Assembly (NCBI GenBank): GCA_964304625.1
Contig: OZ199838.1
Coordinates: forward strand, 2,231,329 to 2,295,328
Origin: Kudoa neothunni
Lineage: Eukaryota > Animalia > Cnidaria
Length of the DNA: 64,000 nucleotides
Reading direction: 5' to 3'
The notes under the pieces were generated by a model. The model was not told the DNA's origin and did no database searches. It worked only from the letters and a program-made list of their open reading frames with translations. This document shows positions 12,837-27,400 of the stretch, piece after piece. Every line of letters begins with the position of its first letter. Positions within the stretch are counted from its first letter, which is position 1. The position numbers and the translations under genes are program-made.

Positions 12837-14212
12837 TTGATCTCAATATTTGCAATCAGTATCATTTTGATTTATTATTGATAATCGTGTAATAAATGAG
12901 ACCGTGACCTCCATCACGACCGCGGGAATCCGCTTATGTTGGATAGTGTTAACGACGTTTCTCGGATTGATTAGTATTGTTATACTTATATATAGTGTTT
13001 CTATTCGCGCTATTACAAATCGTAAAAGACAAAAAACGAGAAAAACCGGATGCAAGATGGTGTTTTTCCTCGAGTCACATACTTTACCATTACCCAACTA
13101 TTTTTCTTTCCGCAACGTTGCAACCATTAATATAAAATTTAAACGTCAAAAAACATGTTTAATCATGACTGTTAAGCTAAACTCTTATGAAAAATAGAAC
13201 CAAACTACTTTGTGTATTGAAGTACATGCGCACCAATTTAGGCCTAATGTGAGTGAATTTTAGCAAAAATCTTATAAATGAATTAGAGGGTTAATTGCTG
13301 TTCGGTCATAAAGTTAACCAATGAATAATCGACTTAAAATGAAATCGGGATTGTGGGCTCCGTGAAAAATGGGAGCTACACACCCCCCATTACCGATTAT
13401 TAGCTTTCTTTCAGCTCATACTAGATCTTCGAAAATAATAACTGGTCAATCTACTTTTTTATTATATTTTAGTAATCGAGTTTCAAATTTTTCGTGTTAA
13501 TTTTTTTCCTCAGTTTCCACTTCATCAAAATATCTGTTTGTCATTTAATTTGATTGAAGACATTTAATTCTACGCATGTATAAAATTCTGAGCAGTTTTT
13601 AATTTTAATGGTAAAATCCGGTTTTGATATTGAGTAGTCCGATTCTGATACCACACGATCCGATTTAGGAGATAAAAAAACCCTAGATAAATGAATATCC
13701 CCGTAGGAAAATTAACACTAGGTCGCCTTTTACGCAATAATATCAATAAATTTATGTTGGAAATACGTTATATTTTAATTTAAATTAGCTTAATTTAAAA
13801 TATATTCTTGTTAAGGAAGTATCCTAAGAAAAATCCTTGATTAATTAGGTTTATCGGAGTAAATCTATTTCGATAAGCAAGCATTAAAAAACGTGTATGT
13901 TCCTTAAAACATGCTCAACTTTAACTAGTCCTCTTATGAATAGTACATTTAAACTATATATTATCCATACGAATACGTAATATTATATATGGTTTAAATG
14001 CAGTTAAAAATTCGTATAAAGGCATATTTCCAGTATCCACTTTTGGTCATTGAATACACAAATAGACATACTGGAATCATTATGTACGGATTTAATAGCA
14101 GATAGGGGAGGAGATTACATAAATTTAAAAGATTATAAAAAGATTAAATGTATATCCTCAAAAAATTTAGCTGCTTAATCGTTAAATTATAAAAATATAT
14201 ATAGTCAATAAA

Positions 14213-15700
14213 ATGGGGTTTCACATTTCATTTCACTATATTATGGCAACCTTTTCAATGGTTTTGGTGATATCTTATCAGTCCCCTCTAATTTGGATCT
14301 CATTGGATGCCCTTGGTAAATCGATGATAACAGAACATAATACGCCGTTCTTGTACAACCTATCCCTAAGAGCTGCGGTCTCACTGGAGCATCACCCCAG
14401 CTATATAACAAAAACATTTCCAAACCATTTTTCAGCAGCTACTGGCCTTAATGTTGAAGAACATCAAATAGTTGGAAATTATATGATTGACGATAAACTT
14501 GGGGTTTTTAATAAATCTAATAATAATCCCGCTTGGTGGAATCCAAATAATGACTCGTATCCTATATGGACTTTGAACGAAATGCATAATAAACTCGGCT
14601 CAGCTACCATATACTGGCCCGGGAGTTCCGCACCATTTGGAATAAACAACACCATTCTACCAAAATATCACACTCCTGTTTATGACACCAAATGTGATTG
14701 TAGGTGTAGACTTGAAAATGCTTATGATAACGTGATAAGTGGCGCATATGAATTGGTTATGGTGTATATTGACGATATCGACGTGGCAGGGGCACTTTTA
14801 TGGCATAAAATCATCTAATTTTTCTCAAACTATTAAAAAAGTCGATAAATTAGTTGAATTATTTTTCATAAATATCACACATAATAATTCTTTAGCAGAT
14901 GTACTTGTTATGAGGTTTTTTACATTTAATGAAGCATATTTTAGTGGAATCTTATCATATCAAGTGATCATGGAATGATAGACTTGAACAAGTCCAAAAC
15001 TATATTTCTTAAAAAAATACTTCCTAGTGCAGTAAACTACACGCTGATTGTTAAAGGTTCTCAAAGCCAACTAAATCTACACAATAAGTCCGAATGAAAA
15101 TACGGTTATTCAATTGATTTCCAAACAGAGGGGCGTTTACATGGTTGCAACTCCCAAAACAATGCCTGAGCAGTATAAGTACTCCAAATCAAAACGAATA
15201 CCTGATATTACAATAATAATGAAAGAAGGATGGGCAGTTGTACAGGATGTAAACAATAACAACATATTTTTTTGTAGTCCGTGTTAATTAAATAGGAGGA
15301 AAGTTATATGGTTGTTGGTGATCATGGGATATCCGCAAGCATAGCTCCCTCAATGTATGCCATCATGATGGGTCATGGGAAAGATTTTCACAAAAACATA
15401 ACAATAAATAAAACAAAGATGACAGACCTCTTTGGAATTTCTTGTTATATTTTAGAGATTGAAAACTATTGCAAGATAGACGATCACGCCAAACTTGTAG
15501 CTAGAACGCTCTTGTCAATAAAACGGAAAGAATATGAGAATATAATATCAACAATTTCAACCATTCCATCATTGAATGGCGAAAAAAAACAAAACTGGAT
15601 CTTAATTTCCGCTATAGTCATCATGACGGGTGGTTCATTTATTGGATGCGGGTACGTCTTCTGGTGGTGGCGTAAAACAATACGAAAAAATGTGGTATAA
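14213..15700 (+). CDS. ENPP4/5/6/7-like ectonucleotide pyrophosphatase/phosphodiesterase (type I membrane), interrupted by two +1 frameshifts; possible pseudogene or assembly error
   Basis: Signal peptide, ISLD, TKTFPNH.S.ATGL..E.H.IVGN, PIW, YWPGS, D..GH, IISSDHGM, RIPDI...EGW, GDHG, C-terminal TM plus basic tail. Frame breaks at 14789-14792 and ~15075-15097. Confidence 0.85.
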
Positions 15701-16539
15701 AACTTTTTTCAACCAATTTTGGGTAAATTTATATTTTATTAGTATTCGAATAATAATATATGATTGAAAAGTCCTCAAATTTATCGGTTTCACTTAATGA
15801 ACTAGACCATGAATATAAAATTATATTCCAACAATTATTTTATGTCTAATTTTTGTAATGTGATTTAAAGTTGAAAATTTTATCCAAATTCTAAATCTAC
15901 TATCTATCTACATATATTAAGTAGCAGCGTCCGTGTTTGTGTCAGAAAGTGCCCATGTGCGTCCAATTTTTTTTATTAATCGCGTTTCAAAAAATATTTA
16001 AATCGCTTTTACACTACTAAATTTTCCCAAAAGTGTTTAAAAAATAGTGATTTTGTCAATTCAAAGTTCGTTCATCGGATTACTTGAGTTCAACAATAGA
16101 ATTAACACCTGCCTGTGTCATGATAATCGTCGGTTTAAGTTAACTTACCCCCTTATATGCTCTATCGAATGTCGATTAAGCGATGCTATCTACCATTATA
16201 TATAAGGTTGGCTCTTCAGTTTGGGTGTTTGTGAAAATACATTCCTTATTTGTGGCGTTTTAACGTATTTGACTTGATAAACATACTTTTATGTTTTTAT
16301 TAATGGTTTAAAATACAAACCCCATGTCCGTAGGTTTCATTGAAATCGTCCGCTAAGTTTACCTTTCCGTGATTAAATTCAATGCAGATGGTAGTAATTT
16401 TATTCCACCAAATTATTTAGATTATTTATGTTGATATTGATTCAATTTGAAACTGTCAGTGAGAAATAGTGCATTAATGTTCGTTCCGGGACGAGGGATA
16501 TTTATTTGATAATAAAAATTAATTTTCTTATGATTTCTT

Positions 16540-16746
16540 CTATCTCTATATATTTTTTATCTCCCATGAATAGTTGTGAATGGACTTTCTGAGCCGGGTC
16601 AAAAAATAACGTTTTAGATAAAACTCTAGCAGGATTTAAATAATTCGAGAATAAAAAAAATACGACGCTGTCTCGGACCTTAAATTATTTAGCATTAGTG
16701 TCGAACCACGAAGTTTTTAAATGAACGCCGGGAATGGAACACTCCT
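16540..16746 (+). repeat. Dispersed repeat (hAT-like end), related in inverted orientation to 59622-59850
   Basis: Shared blocks such as aaaaataacgttttagataaaa and gaccttaaattatttag. The 59622 copy begins TAGGGATGTACC, a hAT-type terminus. Confidence 0.55.
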
Positions 16747-19531
16747 TCAAATAAATGATCATACTTTAAATTTCATAATCCAAATCGTTGAAGTATGAAG
16801 CTTAAAAATTTTTCAGTTATTTCGCATCTATGGGTTAATTTGAAACTTCAATATATTTTTAATATATACCGTCTAGTTTCAATATTGTGCAGTAATTTTT
16901 GCCAATTTACAACGCAATATAGATCCGCGCGCCAGCGCACAGAAAAAACTTTATTTTATGACTTATCCTCTTTTTTACTGTATAAAATCAATAAATTCAT
17001 CATTAAAAGACTCGAGAGTTTATCATTTTTAAGTCGATATGGAAGCTTTTACTTCTATTTTTTATTATTGAGGTCAACTGGTCCATTTATTGTAGCTTCT
17101 TTGAATTGTTTTGCAGATTTTTACCACAGGATTTTGTTATTTCAGCCCCGTCTTTACTATGAAAATCATCTAATATGTCACCATTAAAGATTGGAGACGA
17201 ATTTTCTCCATTAACAGTTTCATTAATTTCAGAATTTGATATATGGCCAGATTTGTCCAATTAATTTTAGATATGTACTTTTAACTAATGAATCTTCATC
17301 AAATCCACTTGACTTTTGAGACATTTGACTATTATTGCTTGAAGTTTTTGATCAATCAAATGATGTATAATTCATTAAAAATAAATAAACATCCAATAAA
17401 TTGGGGGATGGAGAATTAAAAATATTTTCTTTTAACCGAATGAACTATTCAAAATTCATAAGGTGGCAATATGGAAGTTGTACTTTTTGGAAAAAATAAA
17501 AATATTATATTTTCCAAATGTTCCATGTATTTAAATTGGGGACTTTCATAAAAAAATTATTTTTTATCGTCTTTCACAAATATATTTTTAATTTTTTTCA
17601 CAATGGATTAAAAAATGGATTAGTAAATTTATATTTTTATATTTAAAACCATACTTTTTCATTGTAGCGCACGAAAAATATAAGTAACATTCGACATTTT
17701 TTATGACGAATGTAATATTGTTTAACTTAAATAATGGTTTGAAATCGTAAAGAACAATGATTAAACGTCCTTATTTGTCACAATAAGACTAGTGTCATTC
17801 ATCCAGTAGAAATACATGGAAAATTTTTTTTTGGGAAGATTTTAATCTTTTTTTTACATATTTATATTTAGAAAAAGGTAGTAATATCTATAAACTACGT
17901 TTAATTTGCTACTAAGTTGTTTATTAAGCCGAAAAGATTCATCCTAAGAATAGAGAACACTGTACAAGTATTGTATAATACAAAATATTTAATTTTATCA
18001 CTAGTCCTTACGCGAGCCGGATGGGGAAAGTTCCCGGACAAAATTTGGTCTTCAGACCGGTGGTTTATAAAGTCACAGAATCATCAATAAGATAGGTAAG
18101 GCGATTTCAATGATTTATTAAGGAAATCCTTTTCTATCTTTATGATAACTACGTGTTAAAGTTGAGCTATTATTGAACGTATTATCTCTGCCATGTGCTC
18201 AATTTTTTTACGAAAATTGATATTTTCTGCATTTCATATGTATTCTGGATTTTAAATAACATCGTAATATAAAATTTAAATGACTTTTTATTCTTAAATT
18301 ATAATACAAAATTGAAGAAAGATCCTTAATTTTTATCAAATTGGCGCATTATCTGTTATTTAGCACCATTGTTATTTATTACTTATTCATAAAATTATAT
18401 AATGTGAAATTTTCTATCATCAAAAAATATTCTTTGACCTCTAGATGACTTATAAACAATAATTTATCCAGAAGTTTAAAAATTTGGATGTCGCAACGCC
18501 CAAGTTACATATAATACATAATAAATCTTAAACAACTAGTTATTACAATGAATATTTTTTAAAATAAATATCTTGTGCTGCTTTTTATTTTCTATTTTTG
18601 GTGTAACTCAATATTTTTCCACTTCCATGTCCCTTTACCTCCACCTACGAGTGAGATAACAATACCCGAGAAGTAAATTTAAAAAATTCGTTTGAAGGGA
18701 TACTTTGTTAAAGTTTCAAATGCGTTAAGTATTATATGCTTAACAAACTTAATCTTAATCCACAAAGAATGTGTATTCCGCTTAATTATACTTGCTTAAG
18801 AATAAACAAGTAGACTTGTGATAAATACGTTTAAACATCTCCAGGCGATAACTAAATAACTAATCAAAAAGAAATTCGATATATAAAGTTATTTTTTTAA
18901 AGAAATATGTATAATTATTTAAAGATGAATAAGGACTCTATTTATAATATTTAGCACAGAAAAATGGAAATGTAATATAATTAAAAATCTTTTCGCAGAC
19001 AACCAGATAACAACATTCAAAGTCGGGTTTTAGCATTTGCGACGACTAAAATAAATATCCTTATGAAATTACAGTCCCATCATTTTTAAACTAAAGGAAT
19101 TTGATTCAATGGGGCTTTTATAATTACAAAATCTCTTTAAAAAATTTAATATTATAAATTGGTGCTGCTCTATAAACCTTTTTTTGAGGGTGTGATCAAT
19201 TTCAAACTGGAAGGATGAACATACATGGATTAGCACTCAAAATATTACGGCGTAAACAATTTCTACATTCAATACAATATCCGAATGACTTTAGATTGAA
19301 AAAATTTTTTACTATTTGTAACCTCAAAATTCACAATTCACAATTTACAACCTACAACTATATTAATACAAAAGGTTTTTGAAAAAACATCTGCTATTGT
19401 TAACAAAAGGGAGTTGAGGTGATAAGAAAAAGTGATTACACTAGAGTACCTTCCACTTGGGATTAAATTTGTTTTTTGAAACCTCCGGCTCGAAACATTT
19501 CGGTCTACTTCTGTTAACAATAATTGGTAGG

Positions 19532-21243
19532 ATGGAACCAGAAGCAACTGAGAATGGTGATGTAGGCTTTGCAACCACAGCTATTCACAATAGTGTAAGT
19601 AGCATGAAATTGTCCACCAACCCGGTTGTCTCGGGCATAATGATCTCCACATCCTTCATTCACAAATCACCAGGAGTCACCGATGTGATTAATATAAAAC
19701 ATAGACACGTTGTTTATATGCTATAATCATATAAATAGGGATATGATTATTCTCGAACTAACAATCCTACACGTCATCAATTGGAAACTTCCCTGGCAAG
19801 TCTAGAGAATGCCAAATACGGTAAGTTTTTCGAGTGTATTGCATTGGTTTAAGTGTGTCTCTTGTTAAGGAATCGCGTTTTCGTCAGGAATGGGGGCGAT
19901 AACTTCGCTCATGTATTTGTTGGAAAATGGGGATGAAATTGTTAGTGTTGATGACGTCTACAGCAGAACTACCCTTTTTTTCAAATCATTCCTTAAAAAG
20001 TGGGGAGTGAAAGCTAAAATGATTGATATGGGTAGTGAGGAAGCGTTTAGAAATGCTCTAAGTCCGAAAACAAAAGTTTATACTTTGTTCAGTGTTAATA
20101 TTATAGTTGAGGATAATTTCTAGATGGTATTCATCGAATGCCCCACAAATCCACAGTTAAAAGTTGTCGATATAAGAAAAATAACAAAAATAACCAACGA
20201 ATTCGACCAAGTAAACTGGCAATGGGTAGGCAGAATTTATAAAAAATATTTAGAACATTATTACGGTGGTTGATAACACTTTCTTGTCGCCATACTTTCA
20301 AGTATAACCGTCCAGTTATTCGCATCGTGAAATTTCATTTTAATAAAATCAAATATAATGTAGAAACCATTGGAACTCGGCGCAGATATTTCCGTTTATT
20401 CGTTGACAAAATACATAAACGGTATATTTGAGTGGAGATGTTTAGTTGCGATGAGGCTTAGGTCATTCTGATGTTATAATGGGTGGTGTGATGCTGAATG
20501 ATGACAAACTCTACACACGAATAAAGCATATCCAATCCAGTATTTCGATTGATTGGTTGCATATCTAATAATTATTAAGCTGTTGGTACTGTTCCAAGTC
20601 CAATAGATTGTTTTCTGGTTTTACGAAGTATCAAGACATTAGCTCTTAGGATGTCCAAGCATCATGAAAGCGGTTTGAAAATTGCTTTATTCCTTGAAAA
20701 TCATCCGCTAGTCGATAAGGTTTACTACCCGGGTAACATTATTGTTTCGACAAAAAATTACAAAAATTATGAAAATAAATTGGGTAGAACTTCCCTCCCA
20801 TCCTAATTATGAGATTTTCAAGAAGCAAACGTCTGGCATGTCAGGAATGATTACGTTTCTGCTTAAAGGAAGAAATATTGATGATGCAAACAAATTCGTC
20901 ACTTCCTTAAAGGTAACCAGTTCGTTTATCAAATTTTATAACGTTTAATGAATAGCTGTTCAAACTTGCTGTAAGTCTTGGTTGTTATGAAAGTCTTGTG
21001 GAAGTTCCGTACGTTATATGGAAATTGAATGTATTGCATCTGTTGAAATATTGTAGATCTTCAATGACACACGGCTTGATTCCCCAGGATGAAAAACTGG
21101 ACACTGGCCTTTTGGATACTATGGTGAGAGTTCTGTTTAAACTAGTATGTAACAAAACTTAGATCCGGCTTTCTGTGGGTTTAGAAGATGCAGACGATCT
21201 AATCAGTGATCTCAAAACTGCCTTTAATCAAGTTTTCAAATAA
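19532..21243 (+). CDS. CTH: Cystathionine gamma-lyase-family PLP enzyme, about 12 short exons
   Basis: GFATTAIH, YDYSRTNNPTR, AFSSGMGA, ECPTNP, VVDNTFLSPYFQKPLELGADI, SLTKYINGHSDV (PLP lysine), LRMSKH, SMTH, IRLSVGLEDADDLISDL. Confidence 0.88.
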
Positions 21244-22271
21244 AGAAATATTTTCTCAAATTATTCGATAATTAATTATGCTTCGACTAATAGCTAGTAT
21301 TTATCTAATTAGTAAAGGTTTCGCTATTCCAAATTGTTTCTTTGATCACATTAAAAGCGCCTACCTCTCGTGAAAACTAGATCTATTCTTTTCCCGGTTA
21401 CATTATCAGAGTTCGTTGAGGAACATCCATATAAACATTATTTAAAACATTCGTTAAATTCATATTTTTATTTTCAGACTACGATGAATACAAATTTTTA
21501 TAATTTTGTTAATTCTGGCAGAATATCACGATAAAATTTATTGTGTAGCCAAACAGTGATTTCTTGGAGACCTTAACGCATCCTTCCCTAACCTTATTGG
21601 TTCATGACTCCTGGCTAGCTAAGATAGGTTTACACGAGTCTTTAAGTGTATTAACAATGTAGATCTATGTTTATGATACTATTGCTCCTGGTTTGTTTTG
21701 AAAGTTAGCTTTTATCATAGTCAGAAACTCGCGAAAAACTAATGTAACAACTTGTTTCATCTTTCTTCGGTAGTGTGAGAAGTTTAACTCTCCAAATATC
21801 GTCATCTTAGGTCGACAAACAACACCAACTCCTCTTTTTAAATGTCAAAGGCGTTTGTTCCTTGGTGCCTGCAAGATTTTTGATTCCTAACACAAGTCTC
21901 CGACAATTCGATTCAATGCCAAATATGACACCCTCCACTTGACTGATTAAACTATAAATGCAGGTGTATCGCAAGTAGTGTCGATTGTAAGGCTAGGAGG
22001 AGGTCGTATGAAGACATTTATGGATATAAAGATGTGTAATAATAATTTATACATCATTATATTGAAAAATTCAATATTATATAAGAAATGTATTTTCAGA
22101 ATATGATAACTGTTGTATTTTATGATTTTTTCCTCTCATGATCAAGTCATCATATATTCCATTTCTTTTAGAAGTTCAAAATGATATGAGAAAGGGAAAA
22201 TAATGAAAATTTTCAAATTATTTTGTAACAAATAAATTAAAAATTACTTATCTATACAAAGTTTTTAAAAT

Positions 22272-24149
22272 GGCAGTGTCTATTGGCCCGAACAAATTTA
22301 TTTATTTATTTAATTTTCGAGCCTTTTATTATACTAAATCTGTGTTGTCTGATATTAAATAACTTGCAATTGTGTACTTAATGTTTTTATCGAGTTATTT
22401 ATTTATTCAAATGAACATTTTTAGTTCTGATTTAACTTTTAATTATCTATATAACTAAAATTTTTATTTTAATATTTTTAATTTTATTGTAACGTGCGTT
22501 GATTTGATTGTAATCATCGCCTAATGTTGTAATACAAAATTATTGTAAAAAAATGTAGGATTTTTCACTAGATTAAAAACATAAAGTATATAGTTGTTGT
22601 ATTTAAAGATATTTGGTTATAGCAAACGAAAAATTTTGATTTTACTCCTACGTGCGTGTTTACGAAATGAGATTGCCTGAACTTAATACGATTTTTCAAA
22701 CCGGAAATACTTTTAGCATTTTTGAGGAGTTAAAGTTGAAAATAGAAGAATACGAACAAAACTCCGTGGGTAGTTTATCTATATATGACTCTTAAACCAT
22801 CGAAAGAACTTAGAAGCGATGTAATAATACGTTAAATCCAAAACTTTAGTTTTATCATACAAAATACTGCTGGGTTCATCGCGACAAAAACTTAATTTCT
22901 TCAAAAATTTTAATAAATTTTGTATATGCATTAAAGTTTGAAAACACGCAGCCGTTATTTTAGAGAAAACGATCTGTTGGTAGAAGAAATTCGAATTCTT
23001 ATTACAAAGCATGCCCAATGTTTCTAAAATTTTCAGTCACAGTTTTTACATAGTAGAAATAAAATATCAAAGGATGAAAGTGATCTTATCGCTCAATTTG
23101 TTCAAGTTAACGGAAATTCCGAAGTAATCCAAGAAAAAATATTAGAGTTGTATGAATTGTAAAACAGAAGAATGATAGTAAGAGAAATTATGATAAAAAA
23201 CTTTCGTTTTAATTAATATGCTATTTAAATATATCTTATACCATCATGAATATGTATTTTACTCATCCATAAGATGGTATTTATGTTACAATAATTTAAA
23301 AGGATTTTTTTATCAAATACATTCAATCAATTTTACAAAATACATATAATCATGTAATTGAGTTCATGAGAACATGTGTGATACATGGCTTGGTGAAAAA
23401 AGTCAAAGTCGAACATTTTTTGAATAAAATCACCAATAAAAAATTATATATTTAAACGTTGAAAATAATGTTCCAAATATGAATAAAATTGTTATAGTGG
23501 ATAATAACAATTAAATATTTCAATTGAGAACATTAAATTTCAACCAGTATCGTCAAAATTCAGTTTGTACGCTAAGTCCAAATAAGGGAGTATGTGAAGT
23601 GTCCTGATTAGGTGACATTAAATTAAGTATAAATCAACAAATTGGATTCATTTTCAAATAAAAAAATCCTATTCACAACATTTATTTACATTGAGTGATT
23701 TTATACCGATATTATAAAAAATATCAATGTCGGACATTTGACGCCATTTTGAGTTTTGGGTTTACGATAATCATTTATATGGATGAAATCAATTAAAAAA
23801 TATTGAAAATAGCAAATAACATGATTACAACAGTGAATTTATTTGAAACTATGAATATAACACGGATATATCATATCAGAAAATTATTATTGCATAATAC
23901 GTGGAACGAATAAATTTCTTACTGATAAAAAATCATAAAAACATTCCATCCAAAAGTTAAACAAGTTTATGAGGAAAATAGAGCATTTACAGCGATATAT
24001 TACAATAATGATGAGGATGGATCTTTCCTAAGTAACGCCTTATAGCACAGATTCCTAAAGACAAAATTCTTTTATTTTTTTCGCATTAATATACAAAAAG
24101 AATCCCCTAAATAGGTAAAAACAATTTGTTCGGGCCAATAGACACTTCC
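22272..24149. mobile_element. Decayed TIR DNA transposon, 27-bp TIRs, 6-bp TSD; superfamily unassigned
   Basis: GGCAGTGTCTATTGGCCCGAACAAATT at 22272 matches the reverse complement of 24123-24149 at 26/27 positions. TAAAAT flanks both ends. Confidence 0.8.
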
Positions 24150-24199
24150 TAAAATAAAACATTGTAGAATTATAAATTGAGGTTTTTTAATTTTTCTTT

Positions 24200-24430
24200 A
24201 TTCAGTGAGTCGCTAAAAGACTTACAGATAATTTTTACAGATATAATTTATCACGATTTTGCCAAAAAAGTAAAATAGTAGTTAGTTTTCCAAGAAACTT
24301 TTTCTCTATGAAAAAGGTTGCAAAAATAATAAAATATTTTTCATATTTAATCATATATTGTGGTCTGACAGAAAATAAAATAAAAAAGTTACGAGTAAAG
24401 TAATAGCATAAGGATTTAATTCCTTCGAAA
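24200..24430 (+). repeat. Dispersed repeat, direct copy at ~39670-39890
   Basis: Shared aaactttttctctatgaaaaaggt.gcaaaaa.tataaaatatt.ttcatatttaatcat...tggtctga in both places. Confidence 0.65.
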
Positions 24431-27400
24431 TATTTTGTTTACAAAAACCTGAAATATTCCTTATTCTTTGCATATTTAGCACATATTCTGTTTAAAATTA
24501 CTTAAATTATTTTAGTCAGAAAATTATTCAACCAATAAATGAGTTTAGGTGCTCTATATAGACATGAAATTTTCCAACGGTAAAAAAAACTATTTATTCA
24601 TATGTTAATAGGTGAAATGTAGATAAAATTTAATATTATTTACTTCTTCCAAAAAAAATCATGCACCTTCATTTTAGTTATAATATAAAATATAAATTAT
24701 AGTAATCGTCGAAATCTTAAAAAGTGAATTTTTGCGATGTTTTAAATAATCAGCAATGGATATTGTATATATTCTAACATAATTTTTTATGCCTAATCTG
24801 TTTGACTAAATATTAATAATTTATCATTAAACTAAAACATTTATTTTACTTATTAATATCTGAACTTGTGAAAATATAATTTATTATATGAATCTTAACA
24901 AATAATGATCAGAGCGCCATAAATCTTATATATGGGTTTTTGAGTTTTTATTGCCGAAATTCATATCTATTACATAAAATCTCTGTATAAACGAATATAT
25001 AAGGAAAATTCAAAAATTGAAGCGTTGCTGAGGTGATTTTTATAACTAATGTATCGATAAAAATTTTATAATGATTATTATTAACCAAAAAAAGTCATAA
25101 TTGTCTTAAAAACTTTATTCTGATAAGCACAAGAAGAATAGAGCACAGTAGTAATAAATATGTTAATTTATCAACAAAATTGTAAATTTAAGTCATATTA
25201 AGGAAGTGATATGCAATGAACAATTCAATCTTCAGGTCGTAAACGAAAAGTAAATTACACGTGTGCATGATGTCGCTCGAATGAGATTTTATCAATTTTT
25301 TAAGCTGAAATCTTACACTCAGTATTTGTTTATTGAAATAATTGTAGAAAGACTTCGAATAATAGACTGAAAATTTGATGTTTTTAAAGAGTACAATGTT
25401 TATGTTTAGATTCAAATGATCTTAAAAATATTATTAGTAGGCAAATAAGCAAGAATATGCCCAATATGCATGGTACGAATAGAATTGAAGTACAAGCGAG
25501 CGTAATTGAATTGAACGTGTTTCTGACCTATTCCGATACGAGAAAACCTAAGAATTTCAAATTAATAGATAGCGCGATAGAGATAAAAAATGCTCTGACT
25601 TTTTTGTCGATAATGTAAAAACATAACATTATAACGCTGCTTATTGAGCTTTTTCTGATGTGGAATGAATAAATAAATATGTTAAAATTTTATCGTTACT
25701 TCATAGCTTAATTGAAGTATTTTCTGGTTATACGCCAAAAATTATAAATTAAAGTTCTATCTTTAAAAATATGTTGTAACAGTTAATTTTTTTAAGATTA
25801 GCTGAATCTTTTCTAAGTTTAATAATTGCAATTAATTTTTTCAACAAACATTGAATTATTCTTTAATTTGTTTTGATAATCACTCATAAACTGGTTATAC
25901 TTCATATTTTCTAACATATAGACATAAATATTACAATATCAGATTTATCTATACATGTTTTTATCGATTTTAAGTGTGAGTAGTTTAAATACGAGAAGAC
26001 AACCACATACTCTTAATTTTCTTGGAACTGATAAATTTTTTAAGAATAAATCAACACTATATTTTAGATAAAAATTTAATTTCGATTGGTAAATAACTTA
26101 TGGTTGATTATATGAATTTTCTACCTTATTAGAGGAATTTATACGTGTGTCTTTATTATAAGATTCCAAAATTGTTACTTCTACAAATTAATTAATTTTA
26201 GTCAATTATATGCGAATCAATGTAAATAATAACCCTGGTTAACATATAATGTGTACACCACGCAATATTCTTAATTCGCATATTTTGCCGAATTTGTTGT
26301 TACCAAATTTTGACTTATACAAAAACTTATAAAACAATATAAATATAGCTAAATATTTTTTTTCAATATATATAAGATACTATATGGTAAAAAAATTAAA
26401 TTTTATCACTTTAAAAAATTAGGTTTGTGAATTTTAATAATAAAAAAATTATAAACTAAAAAAAATCTTACTACATTAATATCTATATTTAAAAGTTCAT
26501 AAAGTATTTATATTATAGTGAAACAAGAGATGTTTTTGTGAAATCTGCAATAAGTATATTTTTAACGTTAGCTTATGTAAAATTGTTATATATCAATAGT
26601 AAAAAATCTAAATAGTAAAAATAAATAACTTCTGAGTTAATGACTAAGAAAGAGACGAAATAATTCAATGTTTTTTTGAAAAAAGGTGGACATTACACGT
26701 GTATCTGACATCTGACCGCGTTCGGATGAATAATTCTCAAAATTATGAAGGTATTATTTTGAGTTGAATTTTTGCTTTCTATAATCTTTTATTTTATTAT
26801 CAAGAATCGTGAAGAAAGAAATTCGACAAAACATGCGTAAAGGAACGTTTTTTAGTTTCCGCATACTTTATCATTACCAAAATACGTAAAAATGTGACAG
26901 ATTGGAAAATTATTTTAGTCATTCTTTGTTCAAAACATTGCTTCTACTGATAATAGAAGCTAAATTATATGAATACCAAAAACACGATTTTATTAAGGTA
27001 ACGATTAGAAAACTACAGTTTTTATATTTCAACTAACAAAAAAAATTATTGATTCGATATAATGTGAACTTTCAAAAAAATATATAAATGCTCCAAATAT
27101 GCGTTAATTTAAACAAGTTTAAGAAAATAATACATTAAAACGAGTAGAAAATTGTTATGTGTACTAATTGTAAAAACTAAAGATTTTTAACAATAGCGCG
27201 ACAATTAATTTAATTTAAATAAAAAACTGAAGAATTCGTTTTTAAATCAAATTATGGTATTGATTATGTACCATACGTAAAACAAAAACATATTTTACAC
27301 CAAGAACCAATAATATATTGTAAATGAAGCATGCGCATTTACATGAAATAGAATGAACTCCCCAGTATTATCCTGAAATCGCGTATCGGAAAGACATTGA

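Noticed and set aside
14783-14789. 7-nt GT-AG 'intron' GTGGCAG that would repair the ENPP frame
   Set aside because: Far below any known spliceable size and it distorts the Y-x-x-x-x-D-x-x-G-H spacing.
21300-22020. Possible LINE endonuclease remnant (FLGDLNA at ~21560)
   Set aside because: One short motif amid stops; not enough to call.
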